64,000 bases of DNA, from NCBI GenBank assembly GCA_902573465.1, contig CACGJX010000001.1, positions 52,803-116,802 on the forward strand, in the 5' to 3' direction. How positions within the stretch are numbered: the stretch's first letter is position 1; every line of letters begins with the position of its first letter. Below are positions 49,121 through 58,013 of the stretch, one piece after another. The notes beneath the pieces are model-generated. The model saw nothing but the letters and a program-made list of their open reading frames with translations, searched no databases and was not told where the DNA came from. The stretch is from an uncultured Pelagibacteraceae bacterium (lineage in GTDB: Bacteria > Pseudomonadota > Alphaproteobacteria > Pelagibacterales > Pelagibacteraceae). Both the position numbers and the translations under genes were made by a program.

Positions 49121-49130
49121 CCAGAAAAAA

Positions 49131-49304
49131 TCAAAAATCAAATACTTTTAGGATATGCGGAACCTCCATAGTTTTAATTTCTGAAATTTTTCTATCATTT
49201 ATTCTTTTATCGATTTTTTTACATTCCAAATAACATGGAGTGCATCCCTTAGAGGATTTATTAAAATCAATATCCGAAATAAATTTCTTTTTATTTTTCA
49301 CCAT
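49131..49304 (-). CDS. 57-aa CxxCxxxC microprotein inside the iron operon (not in ORF track)
   Basis: ATG 1 nt after the fbpA stop; MVKNKKKFISDIDFNKSSKGCTPCYLECKKIDKRINDRKISEIKTMEVPHILKVFDF. Confidence 0.65.
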   Translation of the reverse strand: MVKNKKKFISDIDFNKSSKGCTPCYLECKKIDKRINDRKISEIKTMEVPHILKVFDF

Positions 49305-49305
49305 T

Positions 49306-50334
49306 TTACTTCCAGCCGGCAGCTGTCATTACTTCTAACGCATCTGCTTGTTTAGCTCCATAACTAGAAACTTTTGTTTTAAGATCTTGTTTAAAATCTA
49401 AACCAATATTGTTTACCACTAACGGATTTGCTGAAACGTTATCAATCATTGGAAACTCAAAGGTATTATTTACAAAATGTTCTTGAGACTCTGGTGTTAA
49501 TAAAAACTCTACAAGTTTAATGGCATTAGTTTTATTAGGAGCATTTTTTACTAATGCTGCACAACTAATATTCATATGAGTTCCTCTATCACCTTGATTA
49601 GGAAAAAAAGCTTTAACTTTTTTTGCAGCTTCTTGTTGTTCGGGACCCTTTTTACCAGACAACATTAATGCAAGATAGTAAGTGTTAGCTACGGCAATGT
49701 CAGCTTCGCCAGCTGCAACTGCCATTATCTGTGCTCTATCATTTCCTTTAGGCGTCCTAGCCATATTAGACACAACTCCTTTCGCCCATTCAGCTGTTGC
49801 TTTTTTTCCATTATTTTTAACTAATGAAGCTACAAGTGATTTATTATAGATATTGTTGGATGCTCTTATAACTAGTCTACCTTTCCATTTTGGATCAGCT
49901 AGACTTTCGTAAGTTAAACCAGATAGCTCAGCTCCAGAAACTCTTTCAGGTGAATAATAAACTATTCTTGCTCTTTTTGCGATTCCGGTCCAATGGCTTG
50001 TTCTAAAATTTGCTGGCACTGCTGCTTTTATAGCTGCAGATGTTAAACCAGATTGAGTCATTCCCTTTGATTTAAATACTCCACATCTTCCTGCGTCAGC
50101 AGTAATGTAAAGGTCTGCGGAAGAGTCGACACCCTCTTCTATCATTCTTTTTTCAAGTGCGCCTGCCTTACCATTTATCAAGTTAACCTTAATTCCTGTT
50201 TTATTTGTAAACTTGTTATAAAGTTCAGCGTCAGCCTTATAATGTCTTGCGTTAAAAACATTTACCTCATTTGCCATCACAACTGATGAGGTAAATAAAG
50301 ATGCTATCAATGCAAAAATTGATATTTTTCTCAT
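49306..50334 (-). CDS. fbpA: Fe(III) ABC transporter periplasmic binding protein (FutA/FbpA class; start reassigned to 50334)
   Basis: GGAGA SD before MRKISIF signal peptide; ARHY, ADLYITAD, NIYN, GNDR, NTYY tyrosine pair. Confidence 0.93.
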   Translation of the reverse strand: MRKISIFALIASLFTSSVVMANEVNVFNARHYKADAELYNKFTNKTGIKVNLINGKAGALEKRMIEEGVDSSADLYITADAGRCGVFKSKGMTQSGLTSAAIKAAVPANFRTSHWTGIAKRARIVYYSPERVSGAELSGLTYESLADPKWKGRLVIRASNNIYNKSLVASLVKNNGKKATAEWAKGVVSNMARTPKGNDRAQIMAVAAGEADIAVANTYYLALMLSGKKGPEQQEAAKKVKAFFPNQGDRGTHMNISCAALVKNAPNKTNAIKLVEFLLTPESQEHFVNNTFEFPMIDNVSANPLVVNNIGLDFKQDLKTKVSSYGAKQADALEVMTAAGWK

Positions 50335-50363
50335 TATTTCTCCATTCTTCCCCATGATTTTTT

Positions 50364-50406
50364 TGAGAATGAGAACTATTCTCATTGAGAATGATTATCA
50401 ATCGCA
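50364..50406. promoter_or_regulatory. Overlapping Fur-box-like operator array
   Basis: AATGAGAA-CTA-TTCTCATT palindrome (50368-50386) overlapping TGAGAATGATTATCA (50386-50400), about 35-65 nt upstream of fbpA. Confidence 0.8.
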
Positions 50407-50423
50407 AAGATGTCGCAGGCTAT

Positions 50424-51314
50424 CTAAGACTTCCAGTCGCCTATTTTGCTGAATAAAAAATTCCTGAAGGCCTGAACTCTAGCTGTATTCTTTAAAGATT
50501 GTGGATAAACAAAGTGTGCCTCTGTGATTGGTCCCTCAGATTTAGGTAAAACTTTAATTATATTGGTCGAATTACTTACTAAATATTCTGGCAGTGCTGC
50601 TAAACCTACTCCAGACTCCACTGCTAATAAAAGTCCCATAACACTATTAACTTTCATTATAGGTTTTCTTTTTTTTCCGTCGTGCATTCCTAATTTTAAT
50701 GCCCATTCTGGATTATAAACTGGTGAAGGTGCTCCTTTGCCAAATGATATGAATTTGTGTTTATTTAAGTCACTCACAGTCTTTGGCATACCATATTTTT
50801 CCAAATATTTGTTAGACCCATAAATATAATATTTTAGATCTATAAGCTTTTTTTGAATATAGTTTAATTGTTTAGGTCTTCTCATAAAGATACCAATATC
50901 AGCTTGTCTTGTGCTCAAATCCAGCTCTTTATCCTCAAAAATCAATTCTATTTCAACCTCAGGATTTAATCGCATAAATTCCTCAATTCTAGGTGTTAAC
51001 CAATGAGTTCCAAAACTTCTAACTGTTGTAATTGTCAATTTTCCTGTTGGTTTATTTTTTTGATCTCCTAGTGAAGTTTCCACTTCTTTAAGTTTACTTA
51101 TAACTTCGTGTGCAGTCTTAAATACATACTCTCCATTTTCGGTGAGCGTAAGACCTCTTGCGTGTCTTTCAAATAATTGAACTTTTAAATCTTGTTCCAA
51201 AGATTGAATTTGTCTACTTATTGCTGATTGACTAAGATTTAAATTTATTGTTGCATTAGTAAAACTTCCTGCCTCTGCAACTGCATGAAAAATTTTAAGT
51301 TTATCCCAGTCCAT
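50424..51314 (-). CDS. LysR family regulator (VtlR/LsrB-like N-terminus)
   Basis: MDWDKLKIFHAVAEAGSFT...LSQSAISRQI..LE...LFERHARGL.LTE. Confidence 0.9.
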   Translation of the reverse strand: MDWDKLKIFHAVAEAGSFTNATINLNLSQSAISRQIQSLEQDLKVQLFERHARGLTLTENGEYVFKTAHEVISKLKEVETSLGDQKNKPTGKLTITTVRSFGTHWLTPRIEEFMRLNPEVEIELIFEDKELDLSTRQADIGIFMRRPKQLNYIQKKLIDLKYYIYGSNKYLEKYGMPKTVSDLNKHKFISFGKGAPSPVYNPEWALKLGMHDGKKRKPIMKVNSVMGLLLAVESGVGLAALPEYLVSNSTNIIKVLPKSEGPITEAHFVYPQSLKNTARVQAFRNFLFSKIGDWKS

Positions 51315-52315
51315 TATTTATTTAAATCAACTAAAACTCTTCCAGAAATTTCACCCTTTAATATTTTAGGATAAGTTTCAATCAACTCCTCCAAGCTAAC
51401 AGTTTGAATAGATTTCTCTATTAAGTTGAAATCGATTAATTTTGCAGCCTCTCCCCAAATAAATTCTCTTCTTTTGATGCTACAATTAGCTGAGTCCATT
51501 CCCCAAAGTTTTATTCCTCGTAACATAAAAGGAATTACATTAGTATTTAATTCATTAGTGCTTGCATTACCACATACTGCAATAATCCCATTTGAATTAG
51601 TTTGAACAATTGCATTAGCTAAAATTTTACCTCCAACTGTATCGACTACCCCATCCCATAAACCTTTATCTATAAGTTTTGGATCTTTATCAAATTCACC
51701 ACGATTTATAACATTTTTAGCACCTAATGATTTTAAGTAATCCGCTTTAGAATCTTTTCCTGAGACTGCAGTAACATTGTATCCCATATTATTTAATATC
51801 ATAACCGCAATACTTCCAACTCCACCAGTTGCACCTGTAACTAAAACATCATTTACTTTTGCACCAAGCAATATTTCCTCTCGAGCTTTTATTGCAAATG
51901 CTGCCATTAAAGATGTAAAACCAGCAGTCCCTAAAATCATTGCTTGCTTACTTGATAAATCACTTGGTTTCTTTATTAAGAAATCTCCGTTAACTTTTGC
52001 CATTTGAGAATATCCACCATAAAAAATTTCTCCAACTCTAAAACCTGTTAAAATTACTTCATCGCCTGACTTAAATTTTGAATTTTCACTTTCTAAAACA
52101 GTTCCTGAAAAATCTATGCCTGGGATATGCGGAAACTCTTTTACTAACCTACCACCGTTTTTTAAAATCATTCCATCTTTAAAATTAAGATCTGAATAAT
52201 CAACTTTAATAGTTACATCACCGTGTTTTAAAAAACTTTTATCTAATGATTTTACTTCTCTTGTAAAGTTGTCACCTTCTTGATTTAAAACTAATGCTTT
52301 AAATTGGTCTGACAC
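51314..52315 (-). CDS. acuI: Acryloyl-CoA reductase AcuI/YhdH (MDR family)
   Basis: YS.LNFKD, PGIDFSG, GTAGFT, VTGATGGVGS, DTVGG, PF.LRG..L.G.DS. Confidence 0.85.
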   Translation of the reverse strand: MSDQFKALVLNQEGDNFTREVKSLDKSFLKHGDVTIKVDYSDLNFKDGMILKNGGRLVKEFPHIPGIDFSGTVLESENSKFKSGDEVILTGFRVGEIFYGGYSQMAKVNGDFLIKKPSDLSSKQAMILGTAGFTSLMAAFAIKAREEILLGAKVNDVLVTGATGGVGSIAVMILNNMGYNVTAVSGKDSKADYLKSLGAKNVINRGEFDKDPKLIDKGLWDGVVDTVGGKILANAIVQTNSNGIIAVCGNASTNELNTNVIPFMLRGIKLWGMDSANCSIKRREFIWGEAAKLIDFNLIEKSIQTVSLEELIETYPKILKGEISGRVLVDLNK

Positions 52316-52317
52316 TT

Positions 52318-52932
52318 TTAATCTTTTGAATTACTTATTAACCTTAAATATCTATTTTGATAACTTAAATCTTCTTTGAATTGACCTAAATAATAATTTG
52401 TGACCGTTGTAGCTTGTTCCTTTTTAATCCCTCTCATAGTCATACATTGATGAGTTGAGTCTATTGTAACTGCTACCCCTTTGGCATCTAATGATTGCAT
52501 TAGTGTATTCGCAATCTGCATAGTTAATCTTTCCTGAGTTTGTAATCTTTTAGAAAAAACCTCGACCACTCTTGCTAATTTACTCAATCCAACTACCCTT
52601 TCATTAGGTATGTAGGCTACATGAGCTTTACCAATTATTGGTGCCATATGATGTTCACAATGACTTTGAACAGAAATATTTTTTTGAATAACCATGTCAT
52701 CATACCCATCAACATCGCCAAAAGTTTTATCTAAAACTTGAATAGGATCTTCCTTATAACCTTTAAAATACTCCTTAAATGCTTTAACAACTCTTTTTGG
52801 AGTTTCTAATAATCCTTCTCGATTAGGATCTTCACCCATCCACGACAAAATAGTTTTAAAAGCTTCTTCTGCTTCTTTGTCAGAAATCTTCTTCGAATTT
52901 TGATTATTATTAATGTCTTTAACTAACTTCAT
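52318..52932 (-). CDS. folE: GTP cyclohydrolase I
   Basis: REGLLETPKRV, CEHH, GLSKLAR, QERLT.QIA, H.CM..RG. Confidence 0.96.
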   Translation of the reverse strand: MKLVKDINNNQNSKKISDKEAEEAFKTILSWMGEDPNREGLLETPKRVVKAFKEYFKGYKEDPIQVLDKTFGDVDGYDDMVIQKNISVQSHCEHHMAPIIGKAHVAYIPNERVVGLSKLARVVEVFSKRLQTQERLTMQIANTLMQSLDAKGVAVTIDSTHQCMTMRGIKKEQATTVTNYYLGQFKEDLSYQNRYLRLISNSKD

Positions 52933-53008
52933 GATGGGGTTTATACATATAAATGCGCATTTTTAAAATATTTAATATATCTCTATATGTGCTACATAAT
53001 CACCGAAT

Positions 53009-53476
53009 ATGTTCAAAAAAAGAGAAAATGTGGTTGAAATCGAAGAGGGAGATCTTCTATCACCTAAATTTGATAATGATGGTTTAATACCTGTCATTAC
53101 TATGTGCTCTCAAACAAAAGAAATTTTAATGCATGGTTACATGAACGTTGAAGCATTAAAAAAAACTATTGAAACAAAAGAAGCTCACTACTATAGCAGA
53201 TCAAGAAAAGCTATTTGGCACAAAGGCAAAACAAGTGGTTTTATTCAAAAAGTGACTGAAATCAAAATTGATGATGATCAAGACTCGATTTGGCTTACTG
53301 TTGATATTGGAGAGGGAGCTAGTTGTCATGTCGGTTATAGATCTTGTTTCTATAGATCTATACCTCTTGGGCCGATTGAAAATGGTAGAGAAATTAAGAT
53401 GAAATTTACCGAAAAAGAAAAAAAATTTGACCCGGAAAAAGTTTATAAAGGTCAACCCAATCCAACAAAAATTTAA
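53009..53476 (+). CDS. hisI: Phosphoribosyl-AMP cyclohydrolase
   Basis: GLIP, YYSRSR..W.KG.TSG, D.DQD, CH.G..SCFYR. Confidence 0.93.
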   Translation: MFKKRENVVEIEEGDLLSPKFDNDGLIPVITMCSQTKEILMHGYMNVEALKKTIETKEAHYYSRSRKAIWHKGKTSGFIQKVTEIKIDDDQDSIWLTVDIGEGASCHVGYRSCFYRSIPLGPIENGREIKMKFTEKEKKFDPEKVYKGQPNPTKI

Positions 53477-53480
53477 TTAA

Positions 53481-54119
53481 ATGGAAATTAAATATCAAAA
53501 TTTGAGAGTATTAGGTCCAGCAATATTAAAAGTCAAAATACCAGATGAAATACTTAATAAATTAAATGACTACATTGATAAAATTATCAATGATGAATCA
53601 AAATTAAAAAAACTAAATTATGGTGAGGCGCTAGTAGGTGATGTGACTCAGGAATTTTTATTAGAAGTAGAATTTGTTAAATCATCAGGTTGGTTAGAAT
53701 TTTTGGGAAATTCTTGTAAGATTTATACGGAATTAAATGAAGGAAAAAAAATATCAAAATTTAATTTGCTTAAAACTTGGGTTGTTAGACAATTTCAAAA
53801 TGAATATAATCCAACCCATTGGCATGGTGGTCATATTTCTGGAGCTGGATTTCTTAAAGTTCCTAAATCATTAGGACAAAGTACTCAGCAAAAAAAATCA
53901 AAAAAATATAGAGGTGGAAATTTGCAACTAATACACGGAGCAAGAATGTTTACTTGTCCTTCAACATTTAATATTACTCCTGAAGTTGGTGATTTTTATT
54001 TATTTCCTAATTATTTGATGCATACAGTTTTTCCATTCAAAGGTACTGAGGAGGAAAGACGTTCTATCTCATTTAATGCATCAATTGATGAGGATATATA
54101 TAATGTATATGGTAAATAA
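53481..54119 (+). CDS. Putative 2OG-Fe(II) oxygenase
   Basis: YNP.HWH, GDFYLFP..L.H.V.P, ERRSISFN. Confidence 0.75.
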   Translation: MEIKYQNLRVLGPAILKVKIPDEILNKLNDYIDKIINDESKLKKLNYGEALVGDVTQEFLLEVEFVKSSGWLEFLGNSCKIYTELNEGKKISKFNLLKTWVVRQFQNEYNPTHWHGGHISGAGFLKVPKSLGQSTQQKKSKKYRGGNLQLIHGARMFTCPSTFNITPEVGDFYLFPNYLMHTVFPFKGTEEERRSISFNASIDEDIYNVYGK

Positions 54120-54486
54120 AATTCAAAAAAATGTCCTTGGAGAAAATTTAGAATTATGTTCCAAAAATCCTCTTACTGGTTGGTATAGAGATGGTTGTTG
54201 TAATACTGATGAAAATGATCATGGGTTACATACTGTTTGTGCAAAAGTTACAACCGAATTTTTGGAATGGTGTAAAGAAGCTGGAAATGATTTAATCACA
54301 CCTCACCCGGAGTTTGGGTTTCCAGGCTTAAAAGATGGAGATGGCTGGTGTGTTTGCGCAACTTGGTATGCAAGAGCGGTAGAAGCTGGAAAAGGTTGCC
54401 CAATTTTTTTGAAGCGAACCCATGAAAATACATTGAAAGTTTTGCCAATCGAAACACTTAAAAAATTTGCAATAGATCTTTCATAA
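54109..54486 (+). CDS. DUF2237 family protein (start reassigned to 54109)
   Basis: NVLG..L..CS..P.TG.YRDG.C, GNDL.TP, FPGLK.GD.WC.CA. Confidence 0.88.
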   Translation: MVNKIQKNVLGENLELCSKNPLTGWYRDGCCNTDENDHGLHTVCAKVTTEFLEWCKEAGNDLITPHPEFGFPGLKDGDGWCVCATWYARAVEAGKGCPIFLKRTHENTLKVLPIETLKKFAIDLS

Positions 54487-54500
54487 AATAAATTTGGATT

Positions 54501-54665
54501 ATGGGTGAAAATATTTTATCGGTCATATATCTTTTATTAGTAATTGCACTGGTCTTCCCAGGTTTTTATTATGCAAATAAAAATAAAAAAGTTTTTTTAA
54601 AAAATCTTATTATTTGGCTGGGTATTATTGGAATAGTAACAATTTTTGCTAATTTTTTAAAATAG
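54501..54665 (+). CDS. Small two-TM protein, 54 aa (not in ORF track)
   Basis: MGENILSVIYLLLVIALVFPGFYYANKNKKVFLKNLIIWLGIIGIVTIFANFLK. Confidence 0.65.
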   Translation: MGENILSVIYLLLVIALVFPGFYYANKNKKVFLKNLIIWLGIIGIVTIFANFLK

Positions 54666-54669
54666 CTAG

Positions 54670-56289
54670 TTACATATTACCATATTTAGGTCCACCGCCT
54701 CCCTCTGGAGTGACCCAAACTATATTTTGAGAAGGTTCTTTAATATCGCAAGTTTTACAATGAATACAGTTTTGAGCGTTAATCACAAATTTATTAATAT
54801 TATTTTCTCTTTGAACCTCATAAACTCCTGCTGGACAATATCTTTGAGCTGGTTCGTCATATTTTTCAAGAGTATATTTTATAGGTAAATCTTTATCTTT
54901 TAGCTGTAAGTGCACTGGCTGATTGTCCTCATGATTAGTCCCAGTCAAATAAACTGAGCTTGTTTTATCAAAAGTAATAACATTGTCAGGTTTAGGATAA
55001 TCAATTTTTGGCATTTTATCTGCAGGTTTTAAAGTTTCATGATCGGAATGCTTATGTCTTAATGTAAATGGAAGTTTTCCTCTAAATAAAATTTGATCAA
55101 TTCCTGTAAAAATTATACCTAAAATTAAACCCCAATTAAAACTAGGTTTTACATTTCTTGCTTGATACAGTTCTTTATATAACCAGCTTTTTTTAAATAA
55201 TTCCTCATATAATGATAAATCTTTTTTAGACTGAATATGTTCATTAATAGCCTCTGCAGCTAAAATTCCACTTTTCATAGCAGTGTGAGATCCTTTTATT
55301 TTTGGCATGTTTAATGTTCCCGCGTCACATCCAATAAGTAATGCGCCTGGCATAAACATTTTTGGTAAACTTTGAATACCCCCTTCAATTAAAGCTCTAG
55401 CGCCATAAGAAATTCTTTTTCCACCTTCTATAATTTTTTTTATTGATGGATGTGTTTTAAATCTTTGAAACTCATCAAAAGGAGAAAGGTGAGGATTTTG
55501 ATAATCTAAACCTATTACATATCCTAAAAACACTTGTTTGTTTTCAGCATGATAAATAAAACTTCCACCATAAGTGTTTTTATCTAAAGGCCATCCAGCT
55601 GTATGCATCACTAATCCCTCCTCATGATTTTTTTCATCTATTTCCCAAATTTCTTTAAATCCAATTCCATATTGTTGGGGATCTTTGTCTTTATTAAGAT
55701 TAAATTTTTTAATTAATTGTTTTCCTAAATGACCTCGGCAACCTTCAGCAAAAACTGTTACCTTACCAATAAGTTCAATGCCTGGCTCAAAACTATCTTT
55801 TTTATTTCCTTGTTTGTCTATGCCCATGTCCTGCGTGGCTACACCTTTAACAGAACCATCATCATTAAATAAAATCTCACTTGCAGGAAATCCTGGAAAT
55901 ATCTCTACACCAAGTGCTTCTGCTTGCTCAGCAAGCCATCTACATAAATTTGCAAGACTAATTATATAATTTTTATGATTTTTTTGAACAGCAGGTAACA
56001 GCCATGTTGGCCAACTTAATGATTTTGTTTTTCCTAAAAATAAAAATTTCTCCTTAGTGACTTTTGTTTTTATAGGTGGATTTAAATCTTTCCAATTTGG
56101 AATTAATTCGTCTAGTGCTCTAGTTTCAAAAACATTTCCACTTAATATATGGGCACCGATCTCAGATGCTTTCTCTAAAATACAAATATTTAAATTTGAA
56201 TTTAATTGTTTTAGTTTAATAGCAGTTGTTAATCCTGATGGTCCTCCACCAACAATTACTACATCATATTCCATTGACTCTCTGGACAT
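54670..56289 (-). CDS. ETF-ubiquinone oxidoreductase
   Basis: RESMEYDVVIVGGGPSGL, GAHILSG, KIKGSHTAMKSG, CPAGVYE, CIHCKTCDIKEP. Confidence 0.95.
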   Translation of the reverse strand: MSRESMEYDVVIVGGGPSGLTTAIKLKQLNSNLNICILEKASEIGAHILSGNVFETRALDELIPNWKDLNPPIKTKVTKEKFLFLGKTKSLSWPTWLLPAVQKNHKNYIISLANLCRWLAEQAEALGVEIFPGFPASEILFNDDGSVKGVATQDMGIDKQGNKKDSFEPGIELIGKVTVFAEGCRGHLGKQLIKKFNLNKDKDPQQYGIGFKEIWEIDEKNHEEGLVMHTAGWPLDKNTYGGSFIYHAENKQVFLGYVIGLDYQNPHLSPFDEFQRFKTHPSIKKIIEGGKRISYGARALIEGGIQSLPKMFMPGALLIGCDAGTLNMPKIKGSHTAMKSGILAAEAINEHIQSKKDLSLYEELFKKSWLYKELYQARNVKPSFNWGLILGIIFTGIDQILFRGKLPFTLRHKHSDHETLKPADKMPKIDYPKPDNVITFDKTSSVYLTGTNHEDNQPVHLQLKDKDLPIKYTLEKYDEPAQRYCPAGVYEVQRENNINKFVINAQNCIHCKTCDIKEPSQNIVWVTPEGGGGPKYGNM

Positions 56290-56310
56290 AATAATTTTTT
56301 ACAGATTATA

Positions 56311-57264
56311 TTATTTTTGTATAGTGTTTAATTTGTTCAGTTCCTCAATAAATTGGGGTACTGCTTCAAAAAGATCAGCTTCTAGACCATAGTCTGCAAC
56401 ACTAAAAATTGGAGCTTCACCGTCCTTATTGATTGCAACAATAACCTTACTTTCTTTCATTCCAGCTAGGTGCTGAATTGCACCAGAAATACCGATAGCA
56501 ATATATAAATCTGGAACTACAACTTTTCCAGTTTGACCCACTTGATGATCGTTGCTTATATATCCAGCATCCACAGCTGCTCTTGATGCACCAATAGCGG
56601 CATTTAATTTGTCAGCAACAGAAGTAATTAATTTAAAATTATCTCCACTCTGCATTCCTCTTCCTCCAGAAACAACTACTCTTGCAGTTCCAAGTTCTGG
56701 TCTATCTGACTTAATTTCCTCTCTTTTTACAAATTTTGTATTATTAAACTCTTCACTTGGTTCAGCTTTTTCAATTGGCGCAGATCCACCTGAACTCTCA
56801 CATGGATCAAAAGAAGTTGGTCTAATAGTTATACATTTTTTTGGATCCTTACTTTTTACTGTTGCAAATGCATTTCCGGCATAAATTGGTCTTAAAAATG
56901 TATCTGCGGAAATTACCTTAATAATATCACTGACTTGAGAAGTGTCTAAAGAAGCTGCAATCCTTGGCATCAAATTTTTACCAAATGTATTAGCTGAACA
57001 AACAACATGTGAATAGTTTTCTGCCAGTTTTACGATTACTGGTGCAAAATTTTCTGCTACAAAGTTTTCATAATGAGCTGCTTCTACTTGAATTACTTTT
57101 TTGACTAATGGTAACTCTGATAATTTTTTTGCTGCATCTCCACAGTTATTACCAATAATTACAGCATGAAGATCTGTATCCATTTGAGAAGCTGCAGTTA
57201 CGGCATTCAGTGTAAAAGGTTTCAACTCTTTGTTATTGTGTTCTGCAACTAATAAAACTGACAT
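56311..57264 (-). CDS. etfA: Electron transfer flavoprotein alpha
   Basis: RPIYAGNA, SGGRG, GASRAAVDAG, QVGQTGK, GISGAIQHLAG. Confidence 0.96.
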   Translation of the reverse strand: MSVLLVAEHNNKELKPFTLNAVTAASQMDTDLHAVIIGNNCGDAAKKLSELPLVKKVIQVEAAHYENFVAENFAPVIVKLAENYSHVVCSANTFGKNLMPRIAASLDTSQVSDIIKVISADTFLRPIYAGNAFATVKSKDPKKCITIRPTSFDPCESSGGSAPIEKAEPSEEFNNTKFVKREEIKSDRPELGTARVVVSGGRGMQSGDNFKLITSVADKLNAAIGASRAAVDAGYISNDHQVGQTGKVVVPDLYIAIGISGAIQHLAGMKESKVIVAINKDGEAPIFSVADYGLEADLFEAVPQFIEELNKLNTIQK

Positions 57265-58013
57265 TATATTACTTTAGCCTCATTTTTTAATTTTTGCACT
57301 AGCTCAGCCACACTTTTTACTTTTATTCCTGCTTTTCTTTTTGGTGGCTCTTCAACCTTAATTTGCTCGATTCTTGGTGATGTATCTACTCCTAAATCTG
57401 ACGCATTTATTTGCTCAATAGGTTTCTTTTTAGCCTTCATTATGTTGGGCAAAGACGCATATCTTGGTTCATTAAGTCTTAAATCACAAGTTACAATAGC
57501 AGGAATATTAATCTCTATTGTCTCTAATCCTTCATCAATCTCTCTCGTAACTTCAAGTTTTTTATCCTTAATCTCTATCTTTGAGGCAAATGTTGCTTGA
57601 GGCCAATTTAGTAAGGAACTTAACATTTGACCAGTTTGATTACAATCATCATCAATTGCTTGTTTTCCCATAAAAACTAAATCTGGTTTTTCTTTTTCAA
57701 CAATTTTTTGTAATAATTTGGAAACAGCTAAAGGTTCTAAAATACCATCAGCTTTAATAAGAATGCCTCTATCAGCGCCAACCGCTAATGCTTTACGAAC
57801 AGTTTCTTGAGCTTTCTCTTCTCCAACACTTACTGCAACTACTTCGGTCGCTTTTCCTGACTCTTTAATTTTTACTGCCTCCTCAATCGCATTATCATCT
57901 GGGGGGTTGGTAGACATCTTAACATTTTCAGTTACTACACCAGTGTTATCCTCTTTAACTCTTACTTGAACATTGTAATCAATTACTCTTTTTACTGCGA
58001 CTAAAATTTTCAT
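57264..58013 (-). CDS. etfB: Electron transfer flavoprotein beta
   Basis: [36 protein letters not shown]. Confidence 0.96.
   Translation of the reverse strand: MKILVAVKRVIDYNVQVRVKEDNTGVVTENVKMSTNPPDDNAIEEAVKIKESGKATEVVAVSVGEEKAQETVRKALAVGADRGILIKADGILEPLAVSKLLQKIVEKEKPDLVFMGKQAIDDDCNQTGQMLSSLLNWPQATFASKIEIKDKKLEVTREIDEGLETIEINIPAIVTCDLRLNEPRYASLPNIMKAKKKPIEQINASDLGVDTSPRIEQIKVEEPPKRKAGIKVKSVAELVQKLKNEAKVI

Noticed and set aside
52951-52962. AAATGCGCATTT palindrome between folE and hisI
   Set aside because: Single short palindrome with no second copy or known motif match; could be chance
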